From Octopus vulgaris (Eukaryota): DNA of 64,000 nucleotides. Location of the stretch: assembly GCA_951406725.2 (NCBI GenBank), contig OX597822.1, forward strand, positions 106,764,001 to 106,828,000, given 5' to 3'. The position numbers were made by a program, and so were the translations under genes. The notes below the pieces were generated by a model that made no database searches, was not told where the DNA came from, and was given only the letters and a program-made list of their open reading frames with translations. Shown here piece by piece: positions 16,649 through 33,660 of the stretch (the stretch's first letter is position 1; every line of letters begins with the position of its first letter).

Positions 16649-18079
16649 CTTATATTAAACCTGTCTATCAATAATCTATTCAATAAGCAACGATAGGAAT
16701 TTTGAATGATTCATTCTTCTTAAAAAAAGAAACCATTTTGTGTTTATTTTGGTCGAAAATTTTAAATGAATAATTTACATATATTTTGTTTACTGGATTG
16801 AATTCGAGAAGAGGAAGATGGAGGTGCGGGATGAGGGTAAAGTGAGGTACTCTGAGATTGAATTATGTACTCGAATTGAAATTGCATGAAAAAATAAAGA
16901 TAAAAAATGAAAAAAAATAATTGTAAATAATTTTTATAGAAAAGAACTAAAATTCCAGCTCTTTTATGTATTTGTTTATTTATTATTGAAAAACAAAAAC
17001 AAAAAAAAAATAATGATAATAATCGTAAATTTCGATTTGAGTTCACATTACAATTTCAGTTCATGCAAAAAAAAAAAAAAAAAAAAAATTAAACTCCCTT
17101 CTCACCCTTCACCGGATTCCATTGCCCTCTTCGGTTTATGAATTGATTCTAGTTTTATGAAATCAATATTTCGACCGCCATCAATCACCAAAAAAACCAA
17201 AAAATCCCCCAAAAAACCAATTAATAGAAAGATACTAAAACCAATCATTAATTTTGGGTTGAAAATTCCAATCGTCCTTCGCTTAGGTAACAGGTTAATT
17301 AAAAGGTAACAGGTTAATTAAAACATCTTCTACACATTTATTAGATTGTATGTAACTCGAGTTTCATGTTGGAAGATGACAAATTTGATAAAACACTTGG
17401 ATATTAATTAATTTTGCTATGCAATATATATATTTTTACCTTGTTTTGTTGGACAAGTTAGTCAGTTAATTCGATAATAATTTATTTCATTATCAGTTTA
17501 AGCCGTAATCAATTTTAACTGCAACTTTCCAGCATACCTTATACCAATTTTTTGTTGTAAATCTTATGAGACAGTCAATCTCTTTAGAATAGAGTTAAGT
17601 GGAAGTGAGTAGATGTATCAAGTTCTTTAGTATTCTTAATGGTACCACAAACTAATGACTTCAATGCCAGTCGTGAAATATCGAAATGCCAACAAAGAAT
17701 TCATCCCACCCAGATTCCATAAATAACCCCCGTAAAAAAAAAACAAAAGAAAAATAAAAGAAACAAAAACCAAACCAAATCGAAAACCAATAAACAAAAC
17801 CCAAAGCTTATCTGTACTTCCTTTTTCTTTCACTCTGACCTAAGTCGTGCTTTTAGATGTCAAGACGTCATGTTTAACGTCTTGGTGTTGTTAGAAAAAG
17901 TCTCTTGTAATAAGACCGGTTTTCCTTAGCTGAAATACAAGAAAAAATATCTTCGTTAATATCAAAAATAATTATTGAAAAACAGCAAAAGAAAAAACGA
18001 CAAAAATACTGACAAATACTGACAAAAATACAAAAATACAAAAATACAAAAAAAAAAAAAAAATCACACAAACAATAAC

Positions 18080-18882
18080 TGCTTCTAAAATAGGCATAAA
18101 TCCAGTAAATTTCGAGGGGTGTGGGTAAGTCGATTACATTGACCCCAGCGTTCAGCTGGTACTTATTTTATCGACCCTGAAAGAATGAAAGGCAAAGTCG
18201 ACCGTGGCAGAAATTGAGCTTACAACGTAAAGACATACGTGATGCTGATAAGCATTTTGCTCGACGTTCTAACGATTCTGCCAGCTCAGCGCAATAGAGG
18301 CGATATTCTTATTGCCTCAAAGGTCGATCTCGGCAGAATTTGAACTCAGAACGTAAAAAAGCCGGAGGATATGCGGCTAAGCATTTTTCCTCGACGCGCT
18401 AATGGTTCTGCTAGCTCACTGTCTTAATAATGGTTTCAAATATTGGCACAAAACCAGCAATTTTAGGGCCGGGTGTAAGCTGATTACATCGACTTCCAGT
18501 ACTTAAATTATACTTTATTTTATCGTCCCCACCCCAGAAAAAAATACAAGAAAAAAGGAAAACCAAAGTTGACTTCGGCAGGATTTGAACGCGGTAAGTA
18601 AAGAATCGGAAGTATTACCACAAAGCATTTTTTCTACGTGTTAACGATTCTGCTAGCTCGCCGTTTAAGTAATAATAAAGATAAGCACAAGAACTGGAGT
18701 TTTTTGTTAGGGTTTAATCGATTACATCGACCCTGGTACTTAAGTTCTACTCATTTTATAAATCCCCATAAGGATGAAAGGCAAAATCGACCTTCGCAGA
18801 ATTTGAACGCAGAATGTAAAACTAGGAGAAATGCCGCGAAGTATTTTGTCCGGCGTGCTAACGATTTTGCCAGCTTTCCACC

Positions 18883-18940
<58 letters not shown>

Positions 18941-19546
18941 TAATAATAATAATATTAATAATAATAATGCCTGAAATTGGAGGGAATGACATAGCCGGCT
19001 GGACATTTTTCATCGACCCCAAAAGGATGAAAGGCAAGCTTGAGCTCGGCGGAATTTGAACTCAGAACGTAACGCCAGGAGAGATGCCGTGAAGTGCTTT
19101 AATGGCGTGCTAACGATGTTGCCAGATCGCCGCCTTGATGATGATGATGATGATTTAAAATTTTGGCACAAGGCCAGCTATTTTGGGGCCGGGGATAAGT
19201 CTATTACAGCGACCCCAGTGTTCAATGATACTTGTTTTACCGACCCCGGATAGATGAAAGGCAAAGTCAACATACCAGAATTTGACCTCAGAACGTAGGC
19301 GGATGAAATACCTATTTCTTTACTGCCCACAAGGGGCTAAACACAGAGGGGACAAACAAGGACAGACAAAAGGATTAAGTCGATTACATCGACCCCAGTG
19401 CATAACTGGTATTTATTTAATTGACCCCGAAAGGATGAAAGGCAAAGTCGACCTCAGCGGAATTTGAACTCAGAACGTAGCGGCAGACGAAATACCGCGA
19501 AGCATTTTGCCCGGCGTGCTAACGATTCTGCCATCTCACTGCCTTA
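18080..19546 (-). repeat. Cluster of about 7 co-oriented SINE-A-related copies, mostly old
   Basis: Repeated gatgaaaggcaaagtcgac...gaatttgaactcagaacg cores separated by (TAA)n or (GAT)n. A young copy lies at 19311-19546. Confidence 0.8.
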
Positions 19547-19920
19547 GCAGGAAAAGCATCAGCTACAACAACAACAAAAACAATAATAAAATAACTGGCA
19601 CTCCGTCGGTTACGACGACGAGCGTTCCAGTTGATCCGATCAACGGAACTGTCTGCTAATGAAATTAACGTGCAAGTGATTGAGCTCTCCATAGACACGC
19701 GAACCCTGAACGTAGTTCTCAGGGAGATTCAACATGACACAGAATGTAATAAGGCTGAACCCTTGAAATATAGGTACTATTCACTTTTTCCAGCTGAGTG
19801 GACTGTATCAAAGTGAAATGATAAGGATACAGTGCACTATCGGAAATCGAACTCGCATCCTTACAATTGTTAACGGAATGCCTTAACCACTAACGTTATG
19901 AGTTCGATTTCCGACTGCTA

Positions 19921-21456
19921 TGGGGTCGATGTAATCGACTTAATCCGTCTGTCTGTCCTTATTTGTCCCCTCTGTGTTTAGCCCCTTGTGGGTAGTAAAG
20001 AAATAGGTATTTCGTCTGCCGCTACGTTCTGAGTTCAAATTCCGCCGAGGTCGACTTTGCCTTTCACCCTTTCGGGGTCGATAAATTAAGTACCAGTTAC
20101 GCAATGGAGTCGATGTAATCGAGTTTATCCCTTTGCATGTCCTTAGCCCCTTGTGGGTAGTAAAGAAATAGGTATTTCGTCTGCTGCTACGTTCTGAGTT
20201 CAAATTCCGCCGAGGTCGACTTTGCCTTTCACCCTTTCGGGGTCGATAAATTAATTACCAGTTACGCAATGGAGTCGATGTAATCGAGTTTATCCCTTTG
20301 CATGTCCTTGATTGTCCCCTCTATGTTTAGCCCCTTGTGGGTAGTAAAGAAATAGGTATTTCGTCTGCCGCTACGTTCTGAGTTCAAATTCCGCCGAGGT
20401 CGACTTTGCCTTTCACCCTTTCGGGGTCGATAAATTAATTACCAGTTACGCAATGGAGTCGATGTAATCGACTTTATCCCTTTGCATGTCCTTGTTTGTC
20501 CCCTCTATGTTTAGCCCCTTGTGGGTAGTAAAGAAATAGGTATTTCGTCTGCCGCTACGTTCTGAGTTCAAATTCCGCCGAGGTCGAATTTGCCTTTCAC
20601 CCTTTCGGGGTCGATAAATTAATTACCAGTTACGCAATGGAGTCGATGTAATCGACTTTATCCCTTTGCATGTCCTTGTTTGTCCCCTCTATGTTTAGCC
20701 CCTTGTGGGTAGTAAAGAAATAGGTATTTCGTCTGCCGCTACGTTCTGAGTTCAAATTCCGCCGAGGTCGACTTTGCCTTTCACCCTTTCGGGGTCGATA
20801 AATTAATTACCAGTTACGCAATGGAGTCGATGTAATCGACTTTATCCCTTTGTATTCCTTGTTTGTCCCCTCTATGTTTAGCCCCTTGTGGGTAGTAAAG
20901 AAATAGGTATTTCGTCTGCCGCTACGTTCTGAGTTCAAATTCCGCCGAGGTCGACTTTGCCTTTAACCCTTTCGGGGTCGATAAATTAATTACCAGTTAC
21001 GCAATGGAGTCGATGTAATCGACTTTATCCCTTTGTATTCCTTGTTTGTCCCCTCTATGTTTAGCCCCTTGTGGGTAGTAAAGAAATAGGTATTTCGTCT
21101 GCCGCTACGTTCTGAGTTCAAATTCCGCCGAGGTCGAATTTGCCTTTCACCCTTTCGGGGTCGATAAATTAATTACCAGTTACGCAATGGAGTCGATGTA
21201 ATCGACTTTATCCCTTTGCATGTCCTTGTTTGTCCCCTCTATGTTTAGCCCCTTGTGGGTAGTAAAGAAATAGGTATTTCGTCTGCCGCTACGTTCTGAG
21301 TTCAAATTCCGCCGAGGTCGACTTTGCCTTTCATTCTTTCGGGGTCGATTAAATAAGTACCCCTAACTCACTGGGGTCGATGTAATCGACTTTATCCCTT
21401 TATATGTCCTTGTTTGTCCCCTCTATGTTTAGCCCCTTGTGGGTAATAACGAAATA
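19921..21456 (+). repeat. Tandem array of headless SINE-A units (8 units plus a 5' partial)
   Basis: Units start at 20006, 20171, 20355, 20539, 20723, 20906, 21089 and 21273. Lengths are 183-184 bp, except the first at 165 bp. Confidence 0.95.
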
Positions 21457-21812
21457 GGAATTTCATAGCATGAGGAAAATTCGATATTTTTCGTACCTGG
21501 AAATATCAAGCTTTTAGCAACAGATTCCAAGACACGTGAGAAAGCAATCCACTTTCGTCATCGAGCAGCCAGACATGAAACGGTATTAGCTTACATGTCA
21601 CCAATGTCTGGTAGAACTTGACTTGATTAAATTTCACTCTCTGGCTATTTGTCAAGCCGAGATTGTGATAGATGGCGAATGGTGACACATGTCAAAGGTT
21701 ACGCGTGGTGGGATTGAATTCGGAGTAACATGTTTGTGAAGCAAACTTCTGAATCACACAACCATACACGTGGAAGGATGAACTCAACGCTGATGTGTTT
21801 GGGAATGTGTGA

Positions 21813-22730
21813 AATAGCTTTTATTGCGACATGTGTAGCAGCTAGGCCCTTTCCTGGGATACCGAGTTTTAAGGTTTGTCGCTCAACGCCCTCTACAGAG
21901 CAAAGGTTTGCTATCATTTTGTGATCTTGTGAGGTCATAAGGACTTGTATGTCCATGGTGACCCACTCGACCACATATCCCCAAACGTTGTCGCCATTGA
22001 CTCCCTATCCACATTGTGCTCCTAAAGTGACTAACTACGGGTTGCTGTTGTTACCGAGTCTCTGACGGTAATACTTGTGTCTTCTTCTCAAACTGTCTGG
22101 CACTAATTTATGGGTAGGTGTGTCTCGGATAATTTAGCTTTGCACTTTAGTCCACCATTTATTTTAAATATCGCACATACAATGCCTCACACCCTCCTGC
22201 TCACAATAAAAGAGATTGTGTATGCCAAAAGGCTGCGAGAGCTACATCGGTGGCACACCTTTACACACATACTGCATCAAGAAAAAAAGCCAAAACAACC
22301 ACAACAAAGAATTATGCAAATAAACAACCCCACTCAAAAACAGTTGTTACTAATCATGATGTCTTAGCCGGAGCTAAGGCATCAAGGTTACTAACAGTAC
22401 CACGTCACAAGACAATGTAAACCGACCATCAATTAAGAAGGAACATATTTTAATGAAACACCGTGACTAATCTGGCTTTCCACACCACTGGCCAACGCAC
22501 ATCACAATTCTTTACTCGTTTATAACAAAAGATGTTCTAAAGGGCTCAACTATTAGCCTCAAGTTTCACACACCACCACCAGCACACGCTTTATTTTACA
22601 ACACGCGCTATATTTTAAACACATACATAGCAAATACAGAAACGAGGTCTTCTTGTTCTCTCCGTACGTTGATAAGAGGTATTTTTTGCCCGAAATATAT
22701 ATCAGGATTATTAAGTAATTTTACAGGCAA
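21813..22730 (-). mobile_element. Second copy of the Tx1/L1-like ORF1 fragment, possibly with 5' UTR
   Basis: High identity to 31692-31980 and 32325-32430. The right boundary is approximate. Confidence 0.6.
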
Positions 22731-22820
22731 ACGTTACACAACCTTTGTTCTTGTTTTCGTTATATCTTTTATTAATATTCATTCTTATACCAACCTCATT
22801 GCTATTGCTCTCTAAATCAC

Positions 22821-22884
<64 letters not shown>

Positions 22885-22885
<1 letters not shown>

Positions 22886-23239
22886 AATTAGAAAAAAACC
22901 CACCTTTTATCAATTCAAATAATCATTTCTTAAATATATCCACGAAACACGTGTCGTTATTCTATCAATTAAATACGTTTTTATTATTTTTTTGCAATTT
23001 ACTTAATCATCGGTATATTATTGGTATTTTGATATTAACATTTTAATATTTCTATTATATGTAATTTTCTAGATGGTGTAATTTTTATTGTTCATTTTGA
23101 ATTGATAAAAGGTGGTTTTTTCTAATTTTTATATATACATATATATATATATTATATTGTGTGAAATTTGATTTAGTATTTCTAAATTGAATTTTTCCTT
23201 GTAAGTTAGGATTAATATTCCCTCAAATAATGATATTAA

Positions 23240-23245
<6 letters not shown>
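22885..23245 (+). mobile_element. Truncated pLTR-like element with an inverted tail, in (TA)n
   Basis: aaattagaaaaaaacccaccttttatcaattcaaa is inverted near 23095-23130. Hammerhead 3' half GAAAcacgtgTC at 22944-22955. Confidence 0.55.
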
Positions 23246-23310
<65 letters not shown>

Positions 23311-23312
<2 letters not shown>

Positions 23313-23889
23313 TATTACAATACAATAGTATTATTTTCCAGCGAAATAAAGCGCCGCAAAGGTAGAATTATAAATAGGAAATAGTCGCACAACAAGGAAC
23401 CATTTTTTGCTGGAAATAGAAGTCGATAATCGTACGACGCTATGTAAATTCACTGAATGTACAGAGGCAAAGATGTATGCGGGTGGCGAACATAAGCAAA
23501 TTTTCGTCTTAGCTCAAGGAAATGGACAACCTAGTACTCGAGTTTCGGACTTCTCACAACCTTTTGTTATCGTAAAACTGATTGGTCTTCGTCAGCTAGG
23601 TCTACCGGATGACTAAATTTAAAATATCGCAACATTTAGCCTTCCGGCAGACCTAACTGACCTAGGCCGATCAGTTTTACGATAGCAAGCGTATTCTGAA
23701 AAGTCCCAAACTCGAGTACGAGGTTGTCCATTTCTTTGGCGTTCTTCTTAGAGCTAAGACGAAAATTTTTTTATGTTCGCCGCCCGCATACATCTTTGTC
23801 TCTATACCTTCAGTGAAGCTTTACATAGCGTCGTACGGTTATAGACTGCTATTTCCAGCAAAATCTGGTACCTTGCTGTGCTACTATTT

Positions 23890-23894
<5 letters not shown>
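23311..23894. mobile_element. Fold-back element (inverted pLTR-like pair) between (TA)n tracts
   Basis: Diverged arms of about 250 bp (23374-23620 and 23630-23894), each with a hammerhead motif. The + copy at 23651-23724 is degenerate. Confidence 0.75.
23529..23601 (-). ncRNA. Minimal type-I hammerhead ribozyme, canonical core
   Basis: acctag-CTGACGA-(long stem II, agac...gtcc)-GAAAC-tcga-GTA-ctaggt. 6-bp stem I and palindromic loop III, as in Penelope-associated hammerheads. Confidence 0.8.
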
Positions 23895-23936
<42 letters not shown>

Positions 23937-24251
23937 ATGTGTGTTTTATATTTACATCTATAAATAGATACACACACACACACACATATATACATATATA
24001 CACATATGCATGTATGCATATATATGTATATATGTATATATATATATGCATATATATGCAAATATATGTATATATATGTATATATATATGTATGTATATA
24101 TATGTATTATATATATGTATATATATATATATATATATATGTATATGTATATATATGTATATATATATATGTATATATACATATATATGTATATATATAT
24201 GTATGTATATATATATATATGTATATATATATGCATATATATGTATATATA

Positions 24252-24302
<51 letters not shown>

Positions 24303-24751
24303 GTATATATATATGTATATATATGTATATATAGAGAGATACAGACAGACAGAGACACACACACACACAGACATATACACGTACATGCATACACACACAT
24401 AATGGAACATAGACTAAAAGCGCTTCGTGATTCAGTGCATTATTATTATTATTATTATCATTGAGACATTCAAAGCAAATTATCGATACACATTAGTAAA
24501 ATTTTCTTCTAAACGTCGGAACTATTCTAATATCCGCAGAAAACAAGATCAAAGAACGAGCTAAGAAATGCTTTGCAATTAAGTTATCAATGGAAATATT
24601 ATATAATCAGCTGAAACTGGAAGCCGATGGTGTGGGCGGAAGTGATTTAGACGAACAGATATTGAATCACGGGAGTTTAAGCTAGTTTGTAAAGAGCAGT
24701 GTGGAGAGAGGAAGAAATAGATAGAGAGAATAATCATGTGCATATACACAC

Positions 24752-27489
<2,738 letters not shown>

Positions 27490-27591
27490 ATATATATGTA
27501 TATATGTAGTTCCCGGGTTGATTCGGGGTTAACCACAGTAAGTAAGGTACTCAATACATAGCAGAGTAAAATTAATTTATTATATAGAAGG

Positions 27592-27642
27592 AGCTTCTAC
27601 AGGACTAGTACTGTTTCATTCAAGAGAAATCTTCAGGAAGCT
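27592..27642 (-). ncRNA. Type-I hammerhead ribozyme, canonical core
   Basis: agcttc-CTGAAGA-tttctcttgaat-GAAA-cag(tactagtc)ctg-TA-gaagct. Followed by AATAAA and then a (TA)n tract. Confidence 0.8.
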
Positions 27643-28036
27643 ATTTAACAAGAATTGTATTAGCATTTATACATTTAGAGGAGTGGTGGTGGGGGACTTT
27701 TTGGGGGTAGGCATAGCGCAAAATATCATACTTGGGGGAGTGGTCAAGGTAATAAAAAAATAAAAAAATAAAAAATAAAAAAATAAAAAAATAAAAAGAT
27801 AAAATAAAAGAATAAAAATAAAAAATATAAAAAATATAAAAAATATAAAAAATATAAAAAATATAAAAAATATATATAAAAAAAATATATAAAAAAATAT
27901 ATATATAAAATATATATATAAAATATATATATAAAAAAAGGGGGATAGAGTTATAGGTAAATAAGGAGATTCTCACTTATACCTATACACACATGTATAC
28001 GTATCTACACACACATACGCACATACACATATATCT

Positions 28037-28093
<57 letters not shown>

Positions 28094-28471
28094 CCTACAC
28101 ATACACACATACATACATACAAATATACATATACATATATATATATACAATCCAATACAGGCCCATACCCTAATTTTAATTTTATTATCTTCATTTATTA
28201 CTTTTGTAATCTTTGATCGCTAAGGCTAAGAATCCTGGCAATAGCTGCTTGTCCGTTTGTCTGTCTACTAGAAGGCAAGTACTCATTCCCGCACGCACAC
28301 TCATTAGCACGTACATTCACCCATTCGTACACCCATACACATACACGTACGCACGCGTTATATTCATACATACAAACATCTACATACGTTCACGTATATA
28401 CACATACGTACTCGTACCTACAGATTCGTGTCTACACTTTAGGAGGCTAGTCTATACATATACACCAATAA

Positions 28472-28512
<41 letters not shown>

Positions 28513-28568
28513 CGCATATACATACACACACACACATATATATATATACTCCTACATACAGATACATA

Positions 28569-28612
<44 letters not shown>

Positions 28613-28814
28613 TACATATATATATACATACATACACATACATACACATACACACATACACACACATACATACACATATATATACATACCCAAACATATA
28701 TACACACACATATATATACATACACACATACACACATACATACGTATACATACATACATACATCTATACATCCATACTTACATGCATTTATACGCATACA
28801 CACACCCATCTATA

Positions 28815-28853
<39 letters not shown>

Positions 28854-29134
28854 TCACACATACATATACAAATCTACGCACACACATACATACATACACG
28901 TATACGCATACACGCACATACACATATACATGCGTACCCATACACGTGCACACACGCACGCGCATCCATATAAACACACACACACACATATATATATATA
29001 CACGTGTGCAAGCATACATACATACTCATACGCGCACACATACTTACAAATACATATATGCACACACTTACACACATATATATACATACACATATACATG
29101 CATACATACATATATGCATACATACACACACGCA

Positions 29135-29172
<38 letters not shown>

Positions 29173-29257
29173 TATACATATATATACACATACACATACA
29201 TACATAGACACATATACACATACATACACATACACATACGTACACACACATATACAC

Positions 29258-29288
<31 letters not shown>

Positions 29289-29504
29289 CACATATACGCA
29301 TACATATATACACATATACATACATATACATACACACACACATACATATATACATATACACTGATACACATACCCATACATACACATGCATATACTTATA
29401 TTACTACATACTCACATTTATAGACATATATACATATACACACATACATATATACATGTACATACACATACGCATGCATATATATATATATATACATACA
29501 TATA

Positions 29505-30141
<637 letters not shown>

Positions 30142-30144
<3 letters not shown>

Positions 30145-30323
30145 GGAGTAAACACATAAATGTGAAACAAGGTGGAAAAAAAGAGTACTCAAACACCAGT
30201 GGTAGAGTAATAAATTCAACAAAACCTGTTACTCTGAGTTTCACGTTCCCGTTCGTCGGACAAAACTGGAAAGTGAAACTCAGAGTAACACGTTTTGTTG
30301 AATTTTCTGCTGCTTTAAATAAA

Positions 30324-30325
<2 letters not shown>
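30142..30325. mobile_element. Short fold-back hammerhead element in (TA)n, same family as 55485-55740
   Basis: aattcaacaaaacctgttactctgagtttcac is inverted as gtgaaactcagagtaacacgttttgttgaatt. Tail ccggagtaaacacataaa matches ccagagtaagcacataaa. Confidence 0.75.
30225..30264 (-). ncRNA. Minimal hammerhead, CCGACGA (U4C) core variant
   Basis: tttgt-CCGACGA-acg(ggaa)cgt-GAAA-ctc(a)gag-TA-acagg. Confidence 0.7.
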
Positions 30326-30400
<75 letters not shown>

Positions 30401-30769
30401 GCATACATACATATATGTTTACATATATGTATATAGAAGACAGAAGGAGAGTGAGAGAGAGTCGTAGTGCCGTGTGAAAAAAAAAAAGCGAATCAAGGAA
30501 TAATACTATACCGGAATAAGTTGAGAGAAAATCAAATTTGAGACAGCCAGTATGAAATGTTTGAAGAAGAACGAATTCCAAATATAATCATTGTAAAACA
30601 TCTGTAGCTGCAACAAAAAAACTGTCTGATAAATTGTAGTGTTAGTGTTAATATAAAGTAGTGACATATTGGGGATGAATTTGGTTCAAGTAGCGCTTAA
30701 GGTTGTAAATTTGAAGAACAAATAGGTGAAGAATATGTGTGTATTTAGTTTGTGTCGTGTGTGTAGTAG

Positions 30770-31150
30770 TCATTGCATTAAGTAGAACGCCCAGTAGGAC
30801 GCATTGAATATTATAAACAATAACGGAAACATAAGTCTGGCGTATTTGTCAATGGTGTTTACATCTTGCACTCTGGGAATTTTGGCTTTGATATTTTTCG
30901 CCTTCTGGCGGAAGTGAGTGAAAAGCTTCCGGCGTCTAGGTAAGGCGCCGGAGGCTGACTTGCGACGTATTAAATTGTTGCCAATATAGCTTCGACTAAC
31001 TGCAGCTCTCGGCATCGATGAACCCAGGTGTATACTTGGAGATGTATTAGAGTTTTCTTCGACATCTATGTTGAAGTTTTGCGTGTTTCGGATGCCCAAG
31101 ATAGGGGATAGTCGCAGGTCCCGTAACTCGATATTATCGGAAACATCGTT
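30770..31150 (-). CDS. Lcch3: Terminal exon (end of intracellular loop plus M4) of the same receptor
   Basis: Acceptor ctaatttcag| then NDVSDNIELRDLRLSPILG...KAKIPRVQDVNTIDKYARLMFPLLFIIFNASYWAFYLMQ*. 381 nt, phase 0, matching the upstream donor. IELxDxRxSPI and DVNxIDKY are motifs I recognise from LCCH3 and molluscan beta subunits. Confidence 0.92.
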   Translation of the reverse strand, partial: NDVSDNIELRDLRLSPILGIRNTQNFNIDVEENSNTSPSIHLGSSMPRAAVSRSYIGNNLIRRKSASGALPRRRKLFTHFRQKAKNIKAKIPRVQDVNTIDKYARLMFPLLFIIFNASYWAFYLMQ

Positions 31151-31624
31151 CTGAAATTAGAAAACAGAAAAAAAAAACCTCGTTAATTTTGTTTTCAAAC
31201 TGTCGTTATTTTTTCCCCAAACTCTGCATTAATTCTCAAGTCATTATTTTTTCTCAAAATCTGCATAAATTCTTTATATTTTAAAAAAAGTGATAGGGAA
31301 ATTGGTCGGTGTGGTATTTATACAGTTTTCGGTGATATTACTGGGCGCAATTTAAGGGAATTTACAATCAAGCTCAAAGTATTTCCTACAAAAAATGCAA
31401 AAAAACCCAAACAAAAACTGATAAGCATAATAAGCATATGTTTCAAATACAGATTTTGTTTTAGATACACCATTAACACAATATTACTTTTTGTTAAGAA
31501 CAGTAAATTTAATGGCTAAAGTTTTGTGTGTGTTCTGTGGGTCTCATAAATTGCACTTAATAATGAGAGCATGGAAGTTTTCGACGTCTCCAGAATTGTG
31601 CCTGGTGTCCCCTTAAAACTGGCC

Positions 31625-32122
31625 ATCACCATTGAGTGACACTCGTTGTTGTTTTTGTTCTTGCTGTTGCTTTCCGTACACGAAGCCCCGAAATGGCTTT
31701 TATTGCGACATGTGTAGCAGCTAGGCCCTTTTCTGAGATACCGAGTTTTAAGGTTTGTCGCTCAACGCCCTCTACAAAACAAAGGTTTGCTATCATTTTG
31801 TGATCTTGTGAGGTCACAAGGACTTGTATGTCCATGGTGACCCACTCGACCACATATCCCCAAAAGTTGTCGCCATTGACTCCCTACCCACATTGTGCAC
31901 CTAAAGTGACTAACTACGGGTTGCTGTTGTTACCGAGTCTCTGACGGTAATACTTGTGTCTTCTTCTCAAACTGTCTGGCTTAGGGGCGGGAGACCCCAG
32001 ACCTTGGAAAAAAAACTTTGGTCGTCTTGTTGTAGTCGAGGGCTCTTCGTTGACGCCCGACACCACTGGAAATCGCTGGAAATGGAGATCTCCAGGTCCA
32101 ATTTCTTGAACGGCTGCTGCTG

Positions 32123-32190
<68 letters not shown>

Positions 32191-32242
32191 ACTACTACTA
32201 CTACTACTACTGCCGCTGCTGCTGCTGCTGCAGCTGCTGCTG

Positions 32243-32327
<85 letters not shown>

Positions 32328-32430
32328 GTAGGTGTGTCTCGGATAATTTAGCTTTGCACTTTTGTCCATCATTTGTTTTAAATATCACTCATACAGTGCC
32401 ACGCGCCCTCCTGCTCTCAATAAAAGAGAC
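31625..32430 (-). mobile_element. LINE (Tx1/L1-like) ORF1 fragment with CCHC knuckle, interrupted by (CTA/CTG)n
   Basis: ...VERQTLKLGIS, frameshift, then RPSCYTCRNKSHFGASC (CX2CX4HX4C). A closely similar second copy lies at 21813-22220. Confidence 0.65.
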
Positions 32431-33281
32431 TTAACTTAAACATTTGATAGGGCTGTCTCCAAATCTTTCTTTGATGCAAGAGGGAAAAGTCTGATGCCGA
32501 TGGCAAAGTATAGTAAGTTACTCTTCCTCTCCTCGTCTCGCGTGCTGCTGTGATGGATTGAGGAAAGCTGATTCTTGCTTTGTGAACAAAAGGCAACAAG
32601 GCTGTAGTTCTTTCATCAAAATGCTCCATACTGTAATTTTTTTGTTTGTTTGAAAGAAGACTTGCAAAATTATTTTATCCACCTCAGATAAAAGACAAAG
32701 TTGACTGCAATGTGGATTGAACTCAGAACGCAAAAAGAATTAACTAATAACTAGTTTGGTAATAATTGCTTTTAGATTAGATAACGAGCCCAGCAGTTTC
32801 GAAGGGAAGAGGGCTAGTACTTTACGTAATTCCCGAATACTTGATTGGTACTTCATTTTATCAACTCCGAAGGGATGAAAGGCAAAGTTGAACTCAGTGA
32901 AATTTGAAATCAAAACATAAAGGGCCAGCTACCAACATACTGCCAGGCGTTTCGTCCAACGCTCTAATGATTCTTGCTACCTACTATCTTGCTGCTGCTG
33001 CTGCTACTACTGCTGCTGTTGCCGCTGCTGCTGCTTCTGCTGCTTCTGCTTCTGCTGCTGCTGCTACTACTACTAGTACAGCTGCTGCTGCTGCTTCTGC
33101 TTCTGCTGCTACTACTACTACTACTACTAGTACAGCTGCTGCTGCTGCTTCTGCTTCTGCTGCTGCTGCTACAACTACTACTACTACTAGTACAGCTGCT
33201 GCTGTTGCTTCTGCTGCTTCTGCTTCTGCTGCTTCTGCTTCTGCTGCTGCTGCACTACTATTACTACTACTGCTGCTGTTG

Positions 33282-33326
<45 letters not shown>

Positions 33327-33449
33327 GTACTACTACTACTACTACTATTGCTGCTGCTGCTGCTACTACTACTACTACTACTACCACTACTACTACTGCT
33401 GCTGTTTCTGCTGCTACTACTACTGCTACTACTACTGCTGCTGTTGCTG

Positions 33450-33480
<31 letters not shown>

Positions 33481-33527
33481 CACTACTACAACTGCTGCTG
33501 TTTCTGCTGCTACTATTACTACTACTA

Positions 33528-33559
<32 letters not shown>

Positions 33560-33604
33560 ACTACTACTGCTACTACTACTGCTGCTGTTGCTGCTGTACT
33601 ACTG

Positions 33605-33660
<56 letters not shown>

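Noticed and set aside
20006-20354. Ribozyme (retrozyme-like) inside the SINE-A unit
   Set aside because: No hammerhead core on either strand by eye. Other ribozyme classes were not tested.
19921-21456. CRISPR-like array
   Set aside because: There are no unique spacers and no cas genes. The units are whole SINE bodies in a eukaryotic context.
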